64,000 bases of DNA from Candidatus Rifleibacteriota bacterium (lineage in GTDB: Bacteria; Muiribacteriota; Ozemobacteria; Ozemobacterales; Ozemobacteraceae). The stretch spans positions 34,248 through 98,247 of the forward strand of contig JANJUX010000055.1 in assembly GCA_024710355.1 (NCBI GenBank), written 5' to 3'. Made by a program: the position numbers and the translations under genes. Shown one piece after another: positions 48,270 through 58,160 of this stretch. The stretch's first letter is position 1; each line of letters opens with the position of its first letter. The notes under the pieces were generated by a model. That model was not told where the DNA came from and ran no database searches. It saw only the letters and a list, made by a program, of their open reading frames with translations.

Positions 48270-49499
48270 ATGTCTGATCTTTTAACCTGCGCTCTGCGTG
48301 AGCTGAAAAAACGAAAACTGCGGACCCTCGCCGGTCTGTCGGGTTTTTTTCTCGGCTGTATGCTCATTACCGCCATGGTTCTGATGCTGCAGTATGACCT
48401 GCAGGCAAAAAACGCGCTGGTAAACTATATGGGCAACAAATTTCTTGCCTATGCCCCGATGAACCTTATCGGCGCCGGCGATGACCAGACGGCCAGGCCG
48501 CTTGACCCGGTCAATGAGGGTTTTTTCACCGAGCCCACGGTGGTTACCCGGCTGCTGCCGGCAAATCTGGCGGCCAGCATCGCTAAGATTCCTGAAGTCG
48601 GGGTGGTGACGCCGTTTCTGCTCTACCGTTTCAAAAACAGCCAGGACGGCCATGTTTTCAGTATCGGCGGTATCAGACCGGCCGATGTGCGGGCCCTGCA
48701 GGCAACGCTGATTTCGCGCCACGACATCATCAGCGGCGTTTTCTTTCAGCAGAACGACCGCAACGTCGTCATCGTCGACAAATCATACGCCGACATGTGG
48801 AACCTGAAAGTCGGTTCGGTTGTAAATATCGGCGACACGCTTTTTCCGGTTATCGGTATCGCCGGTTCGCATGCCCGCACCGCCCGGGCCGATGTCTACA
48901 TGAACTGGCCCGATGCCGAAGCCGCTATCAGCCGCCGCCTCAACCGGCCATTGAACAACGAAGCCAATCTCTTTCTCATTGAAGCCGCCGGTGCCGAAAC
49001 CGTCGCCGCCGCCATGCGGAAGGTTCAGACGCTGATCGAACAGGGAATCACCAACTCGGTCGTCTGCTCGATTCCGGTCGTCAAATTCATGGGAATGAGC
49101 CAGAACGCGGTCAGCGCAGTGATGCTGATAGTTGCGGTACTGGCGGTGCTTTTCGCGGCGAATGCCCAATGGTCGGCCGCTTCAGAACGCACTCACGAGG
49201 TTGCCATTCTCAAGGCGATCGGCTGGCGCGACCGCAGCATTTTTGCCCAGTTTGTCATCGAATCACTGCTGATTTCTCTGGTCGGTGGCATATCGGGTGC
49301 GGGTGCCGGTTATGCAATGTTCAGAACCATCGCGCAGACTCTGGGAGCGCGTATCGACGCCGCCTATCAGGTTGTCGATGTGCCGACCACGCTTGCCCTG
49401 CTGATCTTCGCCACCGCACTGGCAGGCATCATCGCCGGCCTGGTTCCGGCAGCCAGGGCGGCGGCGACCCGCCCGGCCGAGGTGCTGCGCGACCTTTAA
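48270..49499 (+). CDS. FtsX-like ABC transporter permease (second subunit)
   Basis: Same topology as 46231-47532. Its start lies 2 nt after the ATPase stop. Confidence 0.7.
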   Translation: MSDLLTCALRELKKRKLRTLAGLSGFFLGCMLITAMVLMLQYDLQAKNALVNYMGNKFLAYAPMNLIGAGDDQTARPLDPVNEGFFTEPTVVTRLLPANLAASIAKIPEVGVVTPFLLYRFKNSQDGHVFSIGGIRPADVRALQATLISRHDIISGVFFQQNDRNVVIVDKSYADMWNLKVGSVVNIGDTLFPVIGIAGSHARTARADVYMNWPDAEAAISRRLNRPLNNEANLFLIEAAGAETVAAAMRKVQTLIEQGITNSVVCSIPVVKFMGMSQNAVSAVMLIVAVLAVLFAANAQWSAASERTHEVAILKAIGWRDRSIFAQFVIESLLISLVGGISGAGAGYAMFRTIAQTLGARIDAAYQVVDVPTTLALLIFATALAGIIAGLVPAARAAATRPAEVLRDL

Positions 49500-50287
49500 C
49501 CTTTGTGGCCACCCGTCTGCTGATACTGGTGTATTTTGAAGGCAACTTTCTGGCCGGTGGCAAAAATCTTGGTGTTTTCGGCACCCCTGATGATATTTTT
49601 GGCTTTGTTGCGGTCTTTGACGACAAAGCCAGACAGGTCATGCGCCCCGAAGGCAAAGAGAACCGGCGCCAGCGGCGTTGACGGGCCAACAATGGTGGTG
49701 GCCTGGGCGTTTCGGCTCAGCTCGAGAAGCCGCGGCATGGTTTTGTCAATCAGCGTGGAACTGCTGATATAGACGAAATCACTCTCCGGCAGAAGAAATT
49801 CGGCGGCGCTCAACGGGTAGTCATCCTGCTGCGGGTCATGCACCGCGATGATGCTCAGGTCGCAGATCGGCGCCATCAGCTGGGTGATATGCGGAAAATG
49901 CCCGACCACCGTCACTTTTTTGCCGCGTATCGTGTTCTGCGACATGATGAAAGGGTCGAAGATGCGGTCCTCGATGTGCAGCGACTCACTGATCGTTACT
50001 CCGAAGCCGCGGGCCACGTCGATATTATTGTAATAGGCGTTGATTGCGGCCAGACCGGTAGCGGCTTCGAAAAAATTCCAGGATTTGATGCAGGCGGCCA
50101 CTTCGCGCAGGCTTGCACCTTCAAGGTTCTTTGTCTGCAGGGGTTTTCTCAGGTCGTATGGTCGCGGTTCAGCGATGCCGAGGCCATTATTGCTCAGAAC
50201 ACAGGCAAAGCTGGTGCCACGAAAAATCTCTTCCGCTTTCCAGTCATGCGGAATGCCTTCGATCATCCGGTCATACAGTTCCCACAT
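49496..50287 (-). CDS. DUF4213/DUF364 domain protein (putative metal-chelation Rossmann-like protein)
   Basis: 263 aa with the DUF364-like pattern ...KKVTVVGHFP...IIAVHDPQ.... Confidence 0.55.
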   Translation of the reverse strand: MWELYDRMIEGIPHDWKAEEIFRGTSFACVLSNNGLGIAEPRPYDLRKPLQTKNLEGASLREVAACIKSWNFFEAATGLAAINAYYNNIDVARGFGVTISESLHIEDRIFDPFIMSQNTIRGKKVTVVGHFPHITQLMAPICDLSIIAVHDPQQDDYPLSAAEFLLPESDFVYISSSTLIDKTMPRLLELSRNAQATTIVGPSTPLAPVLFAFGAHDLSGFVVKDRNKAKNIIRGAENTKIFATGQKVAFKIHQYQQTGGHKG

Positions 50288-50311
50288 TTTTTTATCTCCT
50301 GCTTCGCCCGG

Positions 50312-51334
50312 TTAGCCAAGCGCATTACGGCTGATGATTTCACCGTTGCGCAGTTTTTTGCGTATCTGGAAAAGCCTGGCATCGAGCCGCTCGATTTCTG
50401 ACAGACAGGCTTTTTCCTCTTCTGAGGTGGTGATTACCCTTGAAATCCGGCCGTTTTTTATGATCAGCCGGCGGTTGGCTCCCAGTGCCAGCAAGGGGTC
50501 GTGCGTCGAAATGAAGACGATCTTGTCGCGGCTGGCGAGCAGTTCGATGGCCTGGCGGCGATCGATGCCGGCGTTCTCGATCTCGTCGATGAGCACGATC
50601 GGCGAGGTGCTCATAAAAGCCGTGTCGGCAATCATCAGAGCTCGTGACTGACCGCCGCTCAGCTGGGTCAGGCGGGTGTCGAGGCCGAAGGCTTCGCCGG
50701 CAAGGCTATTGGCACAAACGAAGCAGCGTTCGACCGTATCGTCGATATTGATCGAATGTCTGCTGCCGGCATGCATTTTGAGAAAGTCATTGACGGTCAG
50801 ATCGATGACGAAATTCATGTTCTGGGAAAGTTGCGCCACCAGACGGCCCTGTAGTTCGATGCGTCGCTCGTCGTCAAGATTCTGCTCATCGATCAAAACT
50901 TTTCGGCCAGTTGGAGTATCGCAGTTTGCCAGGCATTCGATATCGGCAAGCAGCCGGCTTTTGCCTGAGCCGGTCGGGCCGACTATGCTGATGGTTTCGC
51001 CCCGATTGATGGTGATCTGGCAGTTTTCGGGGTCGCCGGCCTTGCCGTGCCCGCCGATGATGGTGATGCTTGTAATTTCTGGGCCGGTGGCATCAGAGCG
51101 GCCGGCGAAAACATTGAGAAAATCGCAGAATTCGCGCTGAATTGCGTGGCGGTCGAGGCCGAATTCTGAAAGGGTTTCCGGATCGGCTTTTTCGAGCGCC
51201 TGGTGCAGAGGCAGGCCGCGCTCGATATCTTCGATTCTGAGATTTTTGAAAAAATTCTGGCAGACCGGGTGTTTTTCCATGATTTCGCCGACCGGTACGG
51301 TTAAAACCATATACAGAATATCTGTGTCGTTCAT
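50312..51334 (-). CDS. ABC-type ATPase-like protein with about 100-aa N-terminal extension
   Basis: Walker A GPTGSGKS, signature LSGGQSRAL and Walker B IVLIDEIE. The N-terminal VGEIMEKHPVCQNFF segment resembles a DUF1858-like small domain (weak). Confidence 0.6.
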   Translation of the reverse strand: MNDTDILYMVLTVPVGEIMEKHPVCQNFFKNLRIEDIERGLPLHQALEKADPETLSEFGLDRHAIQREFCDFLNVFAGRSDATGPEITSITIIGGHGKAGDPENCQITINRGETISIVGPTGSGKSRLLADIECLANCDTPTGRKVLIDEQNLDDERRIELQGRLVAQLSQNMNFVIDLTVNDFLKMHAGSRHSINIDDTVERCFVCANSLAGEAFGLDTRLTQLSGGQSRALMIADTAFMSTSPIVLIDEIENAGIDRRQAIELLASRDKIVFISTHDPLLALGANRRLIIKNGRISRVITTSEEEKACLSEIERLDARLFQIRKKLRNGEIISRNALG

Positions 51335-52023
51335 GGTTTTTTGAATTCCATTCTCTTCATGGTGCCCATCTGGTATTCATTGCCGATGCGGATCTCACCG
51401 GTACAATAGGAACAGACGGCAGCCGGGGTGGTGAAGCGCAGTTTCAGATCGCGCAGGGTCTGAATACTTCGGGCCTTTGCGGCGTGGCTGGCGAGAATCG
51501 TCGCTCCCTGGCCATTTATGCCGTTAACGAAGATAACCTGAACCGCAGTGTTGACCTGCCTGATATTGAAGGCAAAAACCTCTCTCTCTGCCTGCGAAAC
51601 GATATCGCCTTTGGTGACCACGACGATGTCGGCCATTTTCAGCATCGGGCCGATTTTTCTCGGGGTATTGATGCCGGCAAGGTTGTCGATCACACAGATC
51701 GCCATAATGCCATGAATATACGGCGAGCAGCGGTTGCACAGGCCGGCGCTTTCGGTGATCAGATATTTGAAGCCGGCGTTCTGGCCCCATTCAACCGCCG
51801 CTTCGATATTGCTGACAAAAAAGTGGTCGGGGCAGAGTTTACCCGAAAAGCCGGTTTCTACTCTGATGCCTCGCTCTTCATAGCGCAGATGATCGAACGA
51901 AGTGAGGCAGTCGAATTTGACGACCCCGACGTCGCTGGCGGCAATCTGCATCGCCTCGATGAGTTTCAGGATCACAGAGGTTTTTCCGGAAGAGGGTGGG
52001 CCGGCTACGGTTATCAGCTGCAT
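51331..52023 (-). CDS. G3E-family P-loop GTPase (HypB/UreG-like metallochaperone-type)
   Basis: GPPSSGKTS P-loop, ITESAGLCNRC (HypB ENVGNLVCP-like) and VVTKGDI (NKxD-like). Overlaps the downstream gene by 4 nt. Confidence 0.55.
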   Translation of the reverse strand: MQLITVAGPPSSGKTSVILKLIEAMQIAASDVGVVKFDCLTSFDHLRYEERGIRVETGFSGKLCPDHFFVSNIEAAVEWGQNAGFKYLITESAGLCNRCSPYIHGIMAICVIDNLAGINTPRKIGPMLKMADIVVVTKGDIVSQAEREVFAFNIRQVNTAVQVIFVNGINGQGATILASHAAKARSIQTLRDLKLRFTTPAAVCSYCTGEIRIGNEYQMGTMKRMEFKKP

Positions 52024-52176
52024 GCTTGCTTTCCTGGTGAACCTGTCAATGTGTTGGTGCGCGTATCTTTACTGAAACAACTTAGCAATTCCGACCAATA
52101 AAAGTCAACGCTTAATAGTGTAATGCTTTGCTTTTGTGATATTTTGTTATATATTTAAAACTACTCTGCACAACTG

Positions 52177-52803
52177 GTGGTGAGAAATATAATAGCCGAT
52201 TTTTTGAGTATTCTGCAGGCTGGTGGGCCGATTATGTACCCGCTGACTCTCGTCGGTGTGTTCATTTTCGCTCTTGGCGTCTATCAGACAGTCTGGCTGA
52301 CGATCTGGACCCTGTGGTCAGACCGTTATTCGTGTGCCGGCGCTCCACGCTGGGCGCGCAAGGCTATCGACATGGCGAAAAGCCGCAAAGGCCTTGCCGG
52401 GCTTTCGCTGCTTGAGTCGATCGAACTGTGTTTCTCGCGCATGGAAGACTGTCTGACACGGCGTGTACCCGCGATGCGCTTTCTTGCCCAGATCAGCACG
52501 CTGATGGGCTTTCTCGGAACCGTAACCGGGATGGTTAAAGTATTTAACACGGTCGCCAGGCTTGGCATGGTAACGCCTTCAGACCTCGCCGGCGGCATTC
52601 ATGAAGCTCTGTTTACCACCGTTTATGGTCTGATGCTGGCGCTGATCGCCTGGGGTTTCACCTATGCGGTCGAGGCGCTTGCCCGCCGGCATCTGCGTCA
52701 GCTTGAAATTCTGGTATTTCACGAGCTTGAAATTGGTGCCGATGCCACAGAAGCTGCACCGGTAACGGCTGGTCCCGACGAAGTGGCGGCGGGTAAAAAC
52801 TGA
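52177..52803 (+). CDS. exbB: MotA/TolQ/ExbB proton-channel protein
   Basis: Three TM helices with the ExbB-like C-terminal pattern. Followed by exbD and tonB with overlapping stop and start codons. Confidence 0.75.
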   Translation: MVRNIIADFLSILQAGGPIMYPLTLVGVFIFALGVYQTVWLTIWTLWSDRYSCAGAPRWARKAIDMAKSRKGLAGLSLLESIELCFSRMEDCLTRRVPAMRFLAQISTLMGFLGTVTGMVKVFNTVARLGMVTPSDLAGGIHEALFTTVYGLMLALIAWGFTYAVEALARRHLRQLEILVFHELEIGADATEAAPVTAGPDEVAAGKN

Positions 52804-53207
52804 TGGCTCTGCGCAGAAACAACGCAAAAGAGGGTTTTGCTCTCGATCTGACCTCGTGTTCAGATATTATTTTTACTCTGCTGCTGTTTTATATTCTGAC
52901 GCAGAATTTTCTGCCGCAGACACCTCTTGAACTGCCGGCTATTTCTTCGCAAATCCAGGGCAGCACCAGTGCCCAGCGGATCGAAGTTGCGCAGAATGGT
53001 CAGCTCAGCCTGAACGGCGCGACCATGGCTGCCGATGCGCTTGTGCTGCAGATCGGCGAAAAGGTTCACAATGCCAGCGATACACAGATAATCATCTATG
53101 CCAGCCGCCTTTCGCCGGCTGGCGTCTCTATAGAGCTGCTCGACAGACTGCGACAGGCCGGCATCACCCGTGTTGCCTTCGCCGGCCGCCCGGAAAGTGA
53201 AAAATGA
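52803..53207 (+). CDS. exbD: ExbD/TolR biopolymer transport protein
   Basis: Single N-terminal TM (DIIFTLLLFYILT) and a periplasmic ExbD fold. Confidence 0.75.
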   Translation: MALRRNNAKEGFALDLTSCSDIIFTLLLFYILTQNFLPQTPLELPAISSQIQGSTSAQRIEVAQNGQLSLNGATMAADALVLQIGEKVHNASDTQIIIYASRLSPAGVSIELLDRLRQAGITRVAFAGRPESEK

Positions 53208-54085
53208 TCGTTTTCGGCGCAGATGAACAAAGAGTCGAAAGACTCACGACATTTGTGAGCCTGGTTCTGGCATTGATTCTGCAGCTGTCGGCCGGCCTGC
53301 TGCTTGTCGGAATGTGCCGTGAAGAAGTTTTGACGCGCCAGCCGCCGGTGCCCCTGATAACGGTTACTCTCGCACCTGAGCCTGCACCGGCAGGTCCGGC
53401 AAAGACCGCAGTGTCAGCCCCTGTCGAAGAAACTGAGAAAGTCAGCCAGGTGCCGGAAATTTCTCAGCCGGCGCCCCACGAACCCGAAGTGGCGCAGCCT
53501 CCGGAAACTGTGCCGATAGAGCCACCAGCTTTGCAGAAGACTGAGGAATTGAAAAAGCCGGAACCGCCAAAGAAGCCAAGAATAAGCAAAAAAGCCGAAC
53601 TTAAGCCGGTAAAACCGGTAAAAAAAACGGTCGAAAAATCAGCCGCAGAACCTTTAGAAAAACCGGCAGCACAGCCTGAAACGGCAAAGCCAGACCAGCA
53701 GCCAGAGTCTGCTGTACCGGCTTTAAATGCTGCTGCCCAGGCCAACAGAAATGCCGGCAGTCGGACTGAAAAGCCGGTTGAGGCGCTCTCAGGCAAAGAG
53801 CAGAAGGCCATAGCCCGCTACCTGGCGCAGGTTCGCCGATCTCTCGATCGCAGCAGAGTGTACCCGCCGGAAGCGAGAAAAAAGCGTATCGAAGGCGTGG
53901 TTCCGGTTAAATTCAGAATTTCTGCAGACGGTCAGGTCGTTGGCGCCGAAGTTACAGGCAATGCGCCCGATGTTCTGGCTGAAGCGGTAATCAAGATGCT
54001 CGCGGGCCGTCGTTTTCCGCCGCCGCCGACCGGCTGGCAGCCCTCGGCTGCCATCGAACTCAATATCAATTTCAATCTCCGCTGA
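53204..54085 (+). CDS. tonB: energy transducer TonB
   Basis: N-terminal anchor, a long Pro/Glu/Lys-rich spacer, and the C-terminal TonB domain RVYPPEARKKRIEGVVPVKFRISADGQV. Confidence 0.8.
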   Translation: MIVFGADEQRVERLTTFVSLVLALILQLSAGLLLVGMCREEVLTRQPPVPLITVTLAPEPAPAGPAKTAVSAPVEETEKVSQVPEISQPAPHEPEVAQPPETVPIEPPALQKTEELKKPEPPKKPRISKKAELKPVKPVKKTVEKSAAEPLEKPAAQPETAKPDQQPESAVPALNAAAQANRNAGSRTEKPVEALSGKEQKAIARYLAQVRRSLDRSRVYPPEARKKRIEGVVPVKFRISADGQVVGAEVTGNAPDVLAEAVIKMLAGRRFPPPPTGWQPSAAIELNINFNLR

Positions 54086-54249
54086 CCGCTGTTGCCAGGA
54101 CGGCATTATGCCGCGTGAGCCAGGAGGGCGAAAGCGGCGGCAACGACTGACATGCAGTAGCAAGCTGCTGGAAAGAAAAAAGTCCAGTTTGCCCTGTTTC
54201 TGGCTGAAAAAAGTGGCCGGTTTTGCGAAGCATGAGGTAAAATTGCAGA

Positions 54250-54741
54250 ATGAATACTACGCAGAATGCCTCGACAAGACAGCCGGTGCAGCCGGTGTTT
54301 CGCCTGGCGGTGCGCTGTCTTTGCGTGCGCGCTGGCAGAGTGCTGCTGGTTCGCCATGTTTCGGCGAATTCAGGCAGAGAATTCTGGACATTCCCCGGCG
54401 GCCTGGTCGAGAAGGGTGAGTCACTGCATACCGCTGCCTGCCGTGAACTGACAGAAGAAACCGGCCTCAACGGAACACCCGCAGGCATTTTGGCACTTTA
54501 CGAATTTTCTCAGAACAATCTGATCGAAGTAGTGATCGCCTTTCCAGATCTGCATGGCGAAGCCGTTCTTGGCCATGATCCGGAATTATCCCCCGATGAA
54601 CCAAAGAGGCTTCAGGGGCTGCAGTGGTTTGCTGTCAGCGAGATTCCGGAAATGCCGCAGAAAAACCTGATTGAATGTTATCTTTCTGACCCTGCAGCAG
54701 CGCCGGTTATTAACCTGCCTTTTCAGATTCGCTGTGATTGA
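54250..54741 (+). CDS. NUDIX hydrolase
   Basis: Nudix box GGLVEKGESLHTAACRELTEETGL. Confidence 0.8.
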   Translation: MNTTQNASTRQPVQPVFRLAVRCLCVRAGRVLLVRHVSANSGREFWTFPGGLVEKGESLHTAACRELTEETGLNGTPAGILALYEFSQNNLIEVVIAFPDLHGEAVLGHDPELSPDEPKRLQGLQWFAVSEIPEMPQKNLIECYLSDPAAAPVINLPFQIRCD

Positions 54742-54769
54742 TCGGCCATTCCATAGAGCATGAAGAAAA

Positions 54770-54794
54770 GGGGCCCGGAAAATCCCCGGGCCCC
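54770..54794. terminator. GC-rich hairpin between convergent NUDIX and TonB-dependent receptor genes; terminator mainly for the minus-strand gene
   Basis: ggggcccgg-aaaatcc-ccgggcccc, with a T-run on the minus strand. Confidence 0.5.
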
Positions 54795-54817
54795 GAACAC
54801 AGATTACCGTAAACGGA

Positions 54818-56800
54818 TCAGCGAAATTTGAGTTCCATACCAAGAGTCACGAGGCGGCCGGGTTCATAGTTGATCGGGCCGCTCTGGTTGAGGTTAATAC
54901 TGCCATTCTTGGCGAAGGCGGCTTTACCGGTCGCCTGGCTCAGCTGAACATCATCCTGATCGGTCAGGTTTTCGACATTCAGATAAATTGCCAGATCCTT
55001 GGTGGCCTGCTGCCTGATGCTGAGATCAAACATGGTCGAGGCATCGACTTTCGGGTAGGTGTTGCCAATCGCTTCGGTTTCACCCTGATGCGACATGGTC
55101 AGCATGGCGCTGAGCTTGTTATAGCTGTAGGTGGTGCCGGCGACCGCACGAAATTCTGGCTTGCTGACCAGTCTGAGATTGTCGGTTTTGTTCTCGGCCT
55201 TGTTGAAGTCGGTGTAGCCGGCCCAGATATCGAATTTGTCATTGATTTTACCGTTAACTGAGAGCTCGATTCCAGAGATTTCAGCTTTTTTGATATTCTG
55301 AAACTTGTTGTTTGCATCTGCTTCGATGTAATTTTCGATGTCTGAATCGAACCAGGCGAGCGATGCCTGCCACTTTTCGTTGAATTTGTGATTCAGTCTG
55401 AGTTCGAGGTTGTCGATATCTTCGGCTTTGAGGTCAGGGTTGCCTCGGCCATTGCTGCGATAGAGTTCCTGCATGTTGGGGTTTCTGATAAGGCGGCTGA
55501 GGCTCAGGCCGGCGCTGGTATTGTCGGTGATTGCATAATTTGAGCCCAGTGCCCACGAAAATTCCGCATCGCCTTCATAGTCGGTATCAGAACGACCGGT
55601 AATGTTCAGGTCGAGCTTGTCGTTGGCCTTGATCGCATCACTGACGAACCAGCCGGTAGTGTCGACTTTTTTTCTGTTACCGGTGTCGAAGCCGTGGCCG
55701 ATATCTTCGATTTCCTGTTTGATAGCGCCGACTGTTACAAAATTGCGGTCGTTGGCCTCGACGTTGTAAAGAAGTTCTATGGTGTCCATTTTAACGAGAA
55801 CATCGCCGTTGGCGTTCAGATTGCCGGCCTGAAGTTCTTTATCGCCAGGGTAGGCCCAGGTTGATGAAAAATCTTTGTATTTGGCGTAGCGCAGTGTCAG
55901 GTTGCCGTTGTCGCCAAAGTCTTTTTCGACCGTATAGTCATACAAAGACATGTTCCATGGTTCGAATCTTTCGTAGAACGACGGGCACGAAATAGAACCC
56001 TGATTTTCAAGAATCGTTGCCTTGATGGTCCAGTCGTTTTCAAGTTCCAGTTTGCCGCGATAAAGAAAGGCGCGGCTGTCGTTGCGGTTGTTGACAGTGC
56101 CGAGATTCACCGCCGATTTGGGGTTGGTTTTATTGGCAGCGTCGTTGAAGTTGCTGAAATCTTTAAAGCGTCTGTCGCCATTGTATTCGTCCATGAACAG
56201 GGCGAACAGATGCTCGCTTTTCTCTGAAACATGGCCGTAGATATATTCCTGGTGCCTTTTGCCGTCGCCGCCGACCTCCTGAGTGATGGTGAAGTTTTCG
56301 AGGTCGCTGGCGGTAGGCAACACGAAGTTGACAGCCCCGGCAACGCTGTTGGCGCCATAAACCAGCCCGGCTCCACCGGGAACGACGGTAATTTTCTGCA
56401 GCCGATTCATCGGAAACCCGGAAAGCGGCGAAGTGCCGTTCCAGCCGGTGTTGATCGGGCAGCCGTCGAGGGTTATCGCCATATATTTGCCGCCAAAGCC
56501 GCGATATGAAGGGGTGATTGTCGCGCCACGCAAACCGCCGTCAAAAACGACTGAAGAATTGGGTGACTGCAGCATTTTTATCGGGTTGCGCTGCAGTTTC
56601 AGTTCAATGGCCGATGACGCGATTTCATCCTGCGGTCTGGCAATAGATGCCTGGTAAGTAGCACGCTCGGCATCGATATTCAGATCAGACAGTTTGTAAG
56701 TCCGCTCTTCTGAATATCCGGCGACTGCGCCGGCCATAATGAAGATCGCCATAAGAGCACGTAATGACGGTGAAAATCTCTTTCTCATGTAAAACCTCAT
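54818..56800 (-). CDS. TonB-dependent outer-membrane receptor
   Basis: Signal peptide, plug-domain motifs, a long beta-barrel with alternating aromatic pattern, and the C-terminal ...LGMELKFR. Confidence 0.85.
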   Translation of the reverse strand: MRFYMRKRFSPSLRALMAIFIMAGAVAGYSEERTYKLSDLNIDAERATYQASIARPQDEIASSAIELKLQRNPIKMLQSPNSSVVFDGGLRGATITPSYRGFGGKYMAITLDGCPINTGWNGTSPLSGFPMNRLQKITVVPGGAGLVYGANSVAGAVNFVLPTASDLENFTITQEVGGDGKRHQEYIYGHVSEKSEHLFALFMDEYNGDRRFKDFSNFNDAANKTNPKSAVNLGTVNNRNDSRAFLYRGKLELENDWTIKATILENQGSISCPSFYERFEPWNMSLYDYTVEKDFGDNGNLTLRYAKYKDFSSTWAYPGDKELQAGNLNANGDVLVKMDTIELLYNVEANDRNFVTVGAIKQEIEDIGHGFDTGNRKKVDTTGWFVSDAIKANDKLDLNITGRSDTDYEGDAEFSWALGSNYAITDNTSAGLSLSRLIRNPNMQELYRSNGRGNPDLKAEDIDNLELRLNHKFNEKWQASLAWFDSDIENYIEADANNKFQNIKKAEISGIELSVNGKINDKFDIWAGYTDFNKAENKTDNLRLVSKPEFRAVAGTTYSYNKLSAMLTMSHQGETEAIGNTYPKVDASTMFDLSIRQQATKDLAIYLNVENLTDQDDVQLSQATGKAAFAKNGSINLNQSGPINYEPGRLVTLGMELKFR

Positions 56801-56981
56801 TTTTGGGAATTCATGTTTTAAGAGATTTTATGCAATTATGTGATACTTGGCAAGATGAAAAATATTTTTACACGAATGTAGTAGTTTAAAGTAGTGATAT
56901 GTGTGTTGATAACTGCAAAGCAAAAGCAGCCCGACTGATAGACCGGACTGACGAACCTGTTCAACTTTGTTTGTGAGGTGA

Positions 56982-58043
56982 TTAATGACTGTCGAAGCCG
57001 CTGCCGGCATGGGCAAACGGGCGCCCGTAAAGCATTCTGCAGAAATTTTCGTGTTCTGTCTTGAGATCGATATCGGCAAAGCGCTCAGGGTAGAATTTTT
57101 TGGCCAGCCAGAGAATGCCGACCGGTGAGTAGGTAGAAAGAAACCAGTTGGTTACCCAGGCCTGGCGGTCGTCAGCCGGGGTTTTATAAACGCGGCCCTC
57201 TTTGACTGCCCTGAGAGAACCCCACCAGGAAGCTTTATAAAAAATATCATTTTTGGCATCATCGATTATCAGGTCGGGATCAAAAGCAAAAAGCAGTTCG
57301 GCGCACCCGGCCGAATCTGCCGGGTCATCGCCTGAATCCATAAGCCGGCCACCGGCCAGACGGATCAGGTTGAGCCCGTAGGTTGTGCGGCTGCCGCGCA
57401 GCACCATCTGATTGCCGCTGGTGTTGATCATGGCAACTTTCGGCCGCTTCTCAACCGGAATATCTGCTGTTCTTGAGCTGACCAGATCCAGTTTCTCTCT
57501 GAAAAATGCTGTATATTTTTCGGCCCGTTCTTTGCTGCCGGTTACCTCGGCCAGCTTTGCAACTGATTCCAGCCACTCGTCGACTGTTCCGAAGCCTGCG
57601 TGCAGCGTCACCGTCTTTATGCCATGCTGTTCGAGTGATCGGGTCAGATTGCCTGAGTATGAAAAATCCAGCGAGGCGACCGCAAGATCGGGCCGGGCAC
57701 GCAGAATGGTTTCGATGTTGGGCATACCGACCTGGCCGGTATCTGCAACATCGCTGAAAGACGGGGAAAAAGTGCTGTAAAATGCTTCGAGTTTGCTGTC
57801 GGCGATTCCTGCCGGCCTTCTCGGCAGGCAGACGACTTTGTCGGTGAGGTCGAGAATGAAAAAGAGCCCGATCGCCTGCGGGTAGAGCAGCGCGATTCTG
57901 CCGGGGTGAGATGCGACAGCCGTTTCAGTGTTGCTGGTTGTTGCGTCCGCAGCTGCTGTCGTGGCGGCGAAAACCCAGTCTGCAGCAAAGAATGAGATGA
58001 TCAATGTCAGAACTATTATGATGGTTCTGATTCGACGCGGCAT
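56982..58043 (-). CDS. ABC transporter periplasmic substrate-binding protein, FecB/BtuF (cluster A-2) type
   Basis: Signal peptide and a two-lobe PBP pattern (RPDLAVAS..., ...LFAFDPDLIID...). Confidence 0.75.
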   Translation of the reverse strand: MPRRIRTIIIVLTLIISFFAADWVFAATTAAADATTSNTETAVASHPGRIALLYPQAIGLFFILDLTDKVVCLPRRPAGIADSKLEAFYSTFSPSFSDVADTGQVGMPNIETILRARPDLAVASLDFSYSGNLTRSLEQHGIKTVTLHAGFGTVDEWLESVAKLAEVTGSKERAEKYTAFFREKLDLVSSRTADIPVEKRPKVAMINTSGNQMVLRGSRTTYGLNLIRLAGGRLMDSGDDPADSAGCAELLFAFDPDLIIDDAKNDIFYKASWWGSLRAVKEGRVYKTPADDRQAWVTNWFLSTYSPVGILWLAKKFYPERFADIDLKTEHENFCRMLYGRPFAHAGSGFDSH

Positions 58044-58160
58044 GACAACAACCTCCAGATTTTTAAAGACCTGCTCAGCTAAAAATTATGTACATAAAAT
58101 AGCACAAAGTATATCGAATGTGTTAAGGTGGTAAAAAGTTTAACGGAGAACGGCTTCTGT

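Noticed and set aside
52100-52176. Fur box in the exbB / GTPase divergent promoter
   Set aside because: There is only a loose A/T-rich resemblance (tgtgatattttgttatata) to the GATAATGATAATCATTATC consensus. I noted it inside the related finding but did not call it as a feature.
56801-56981. Possible cobalamin riboswitch in the 5' leader of the TonB-dependent receptor
   Set aside because: I read the minus-strand leader and looked for the B12-box (GCCACTG-like / AGYCMGgAgaCCkGCC core) and the GGAA-type conserved stems. I found neither, and the region is simply AT-rich. An Rfam scan is needed to be certain.
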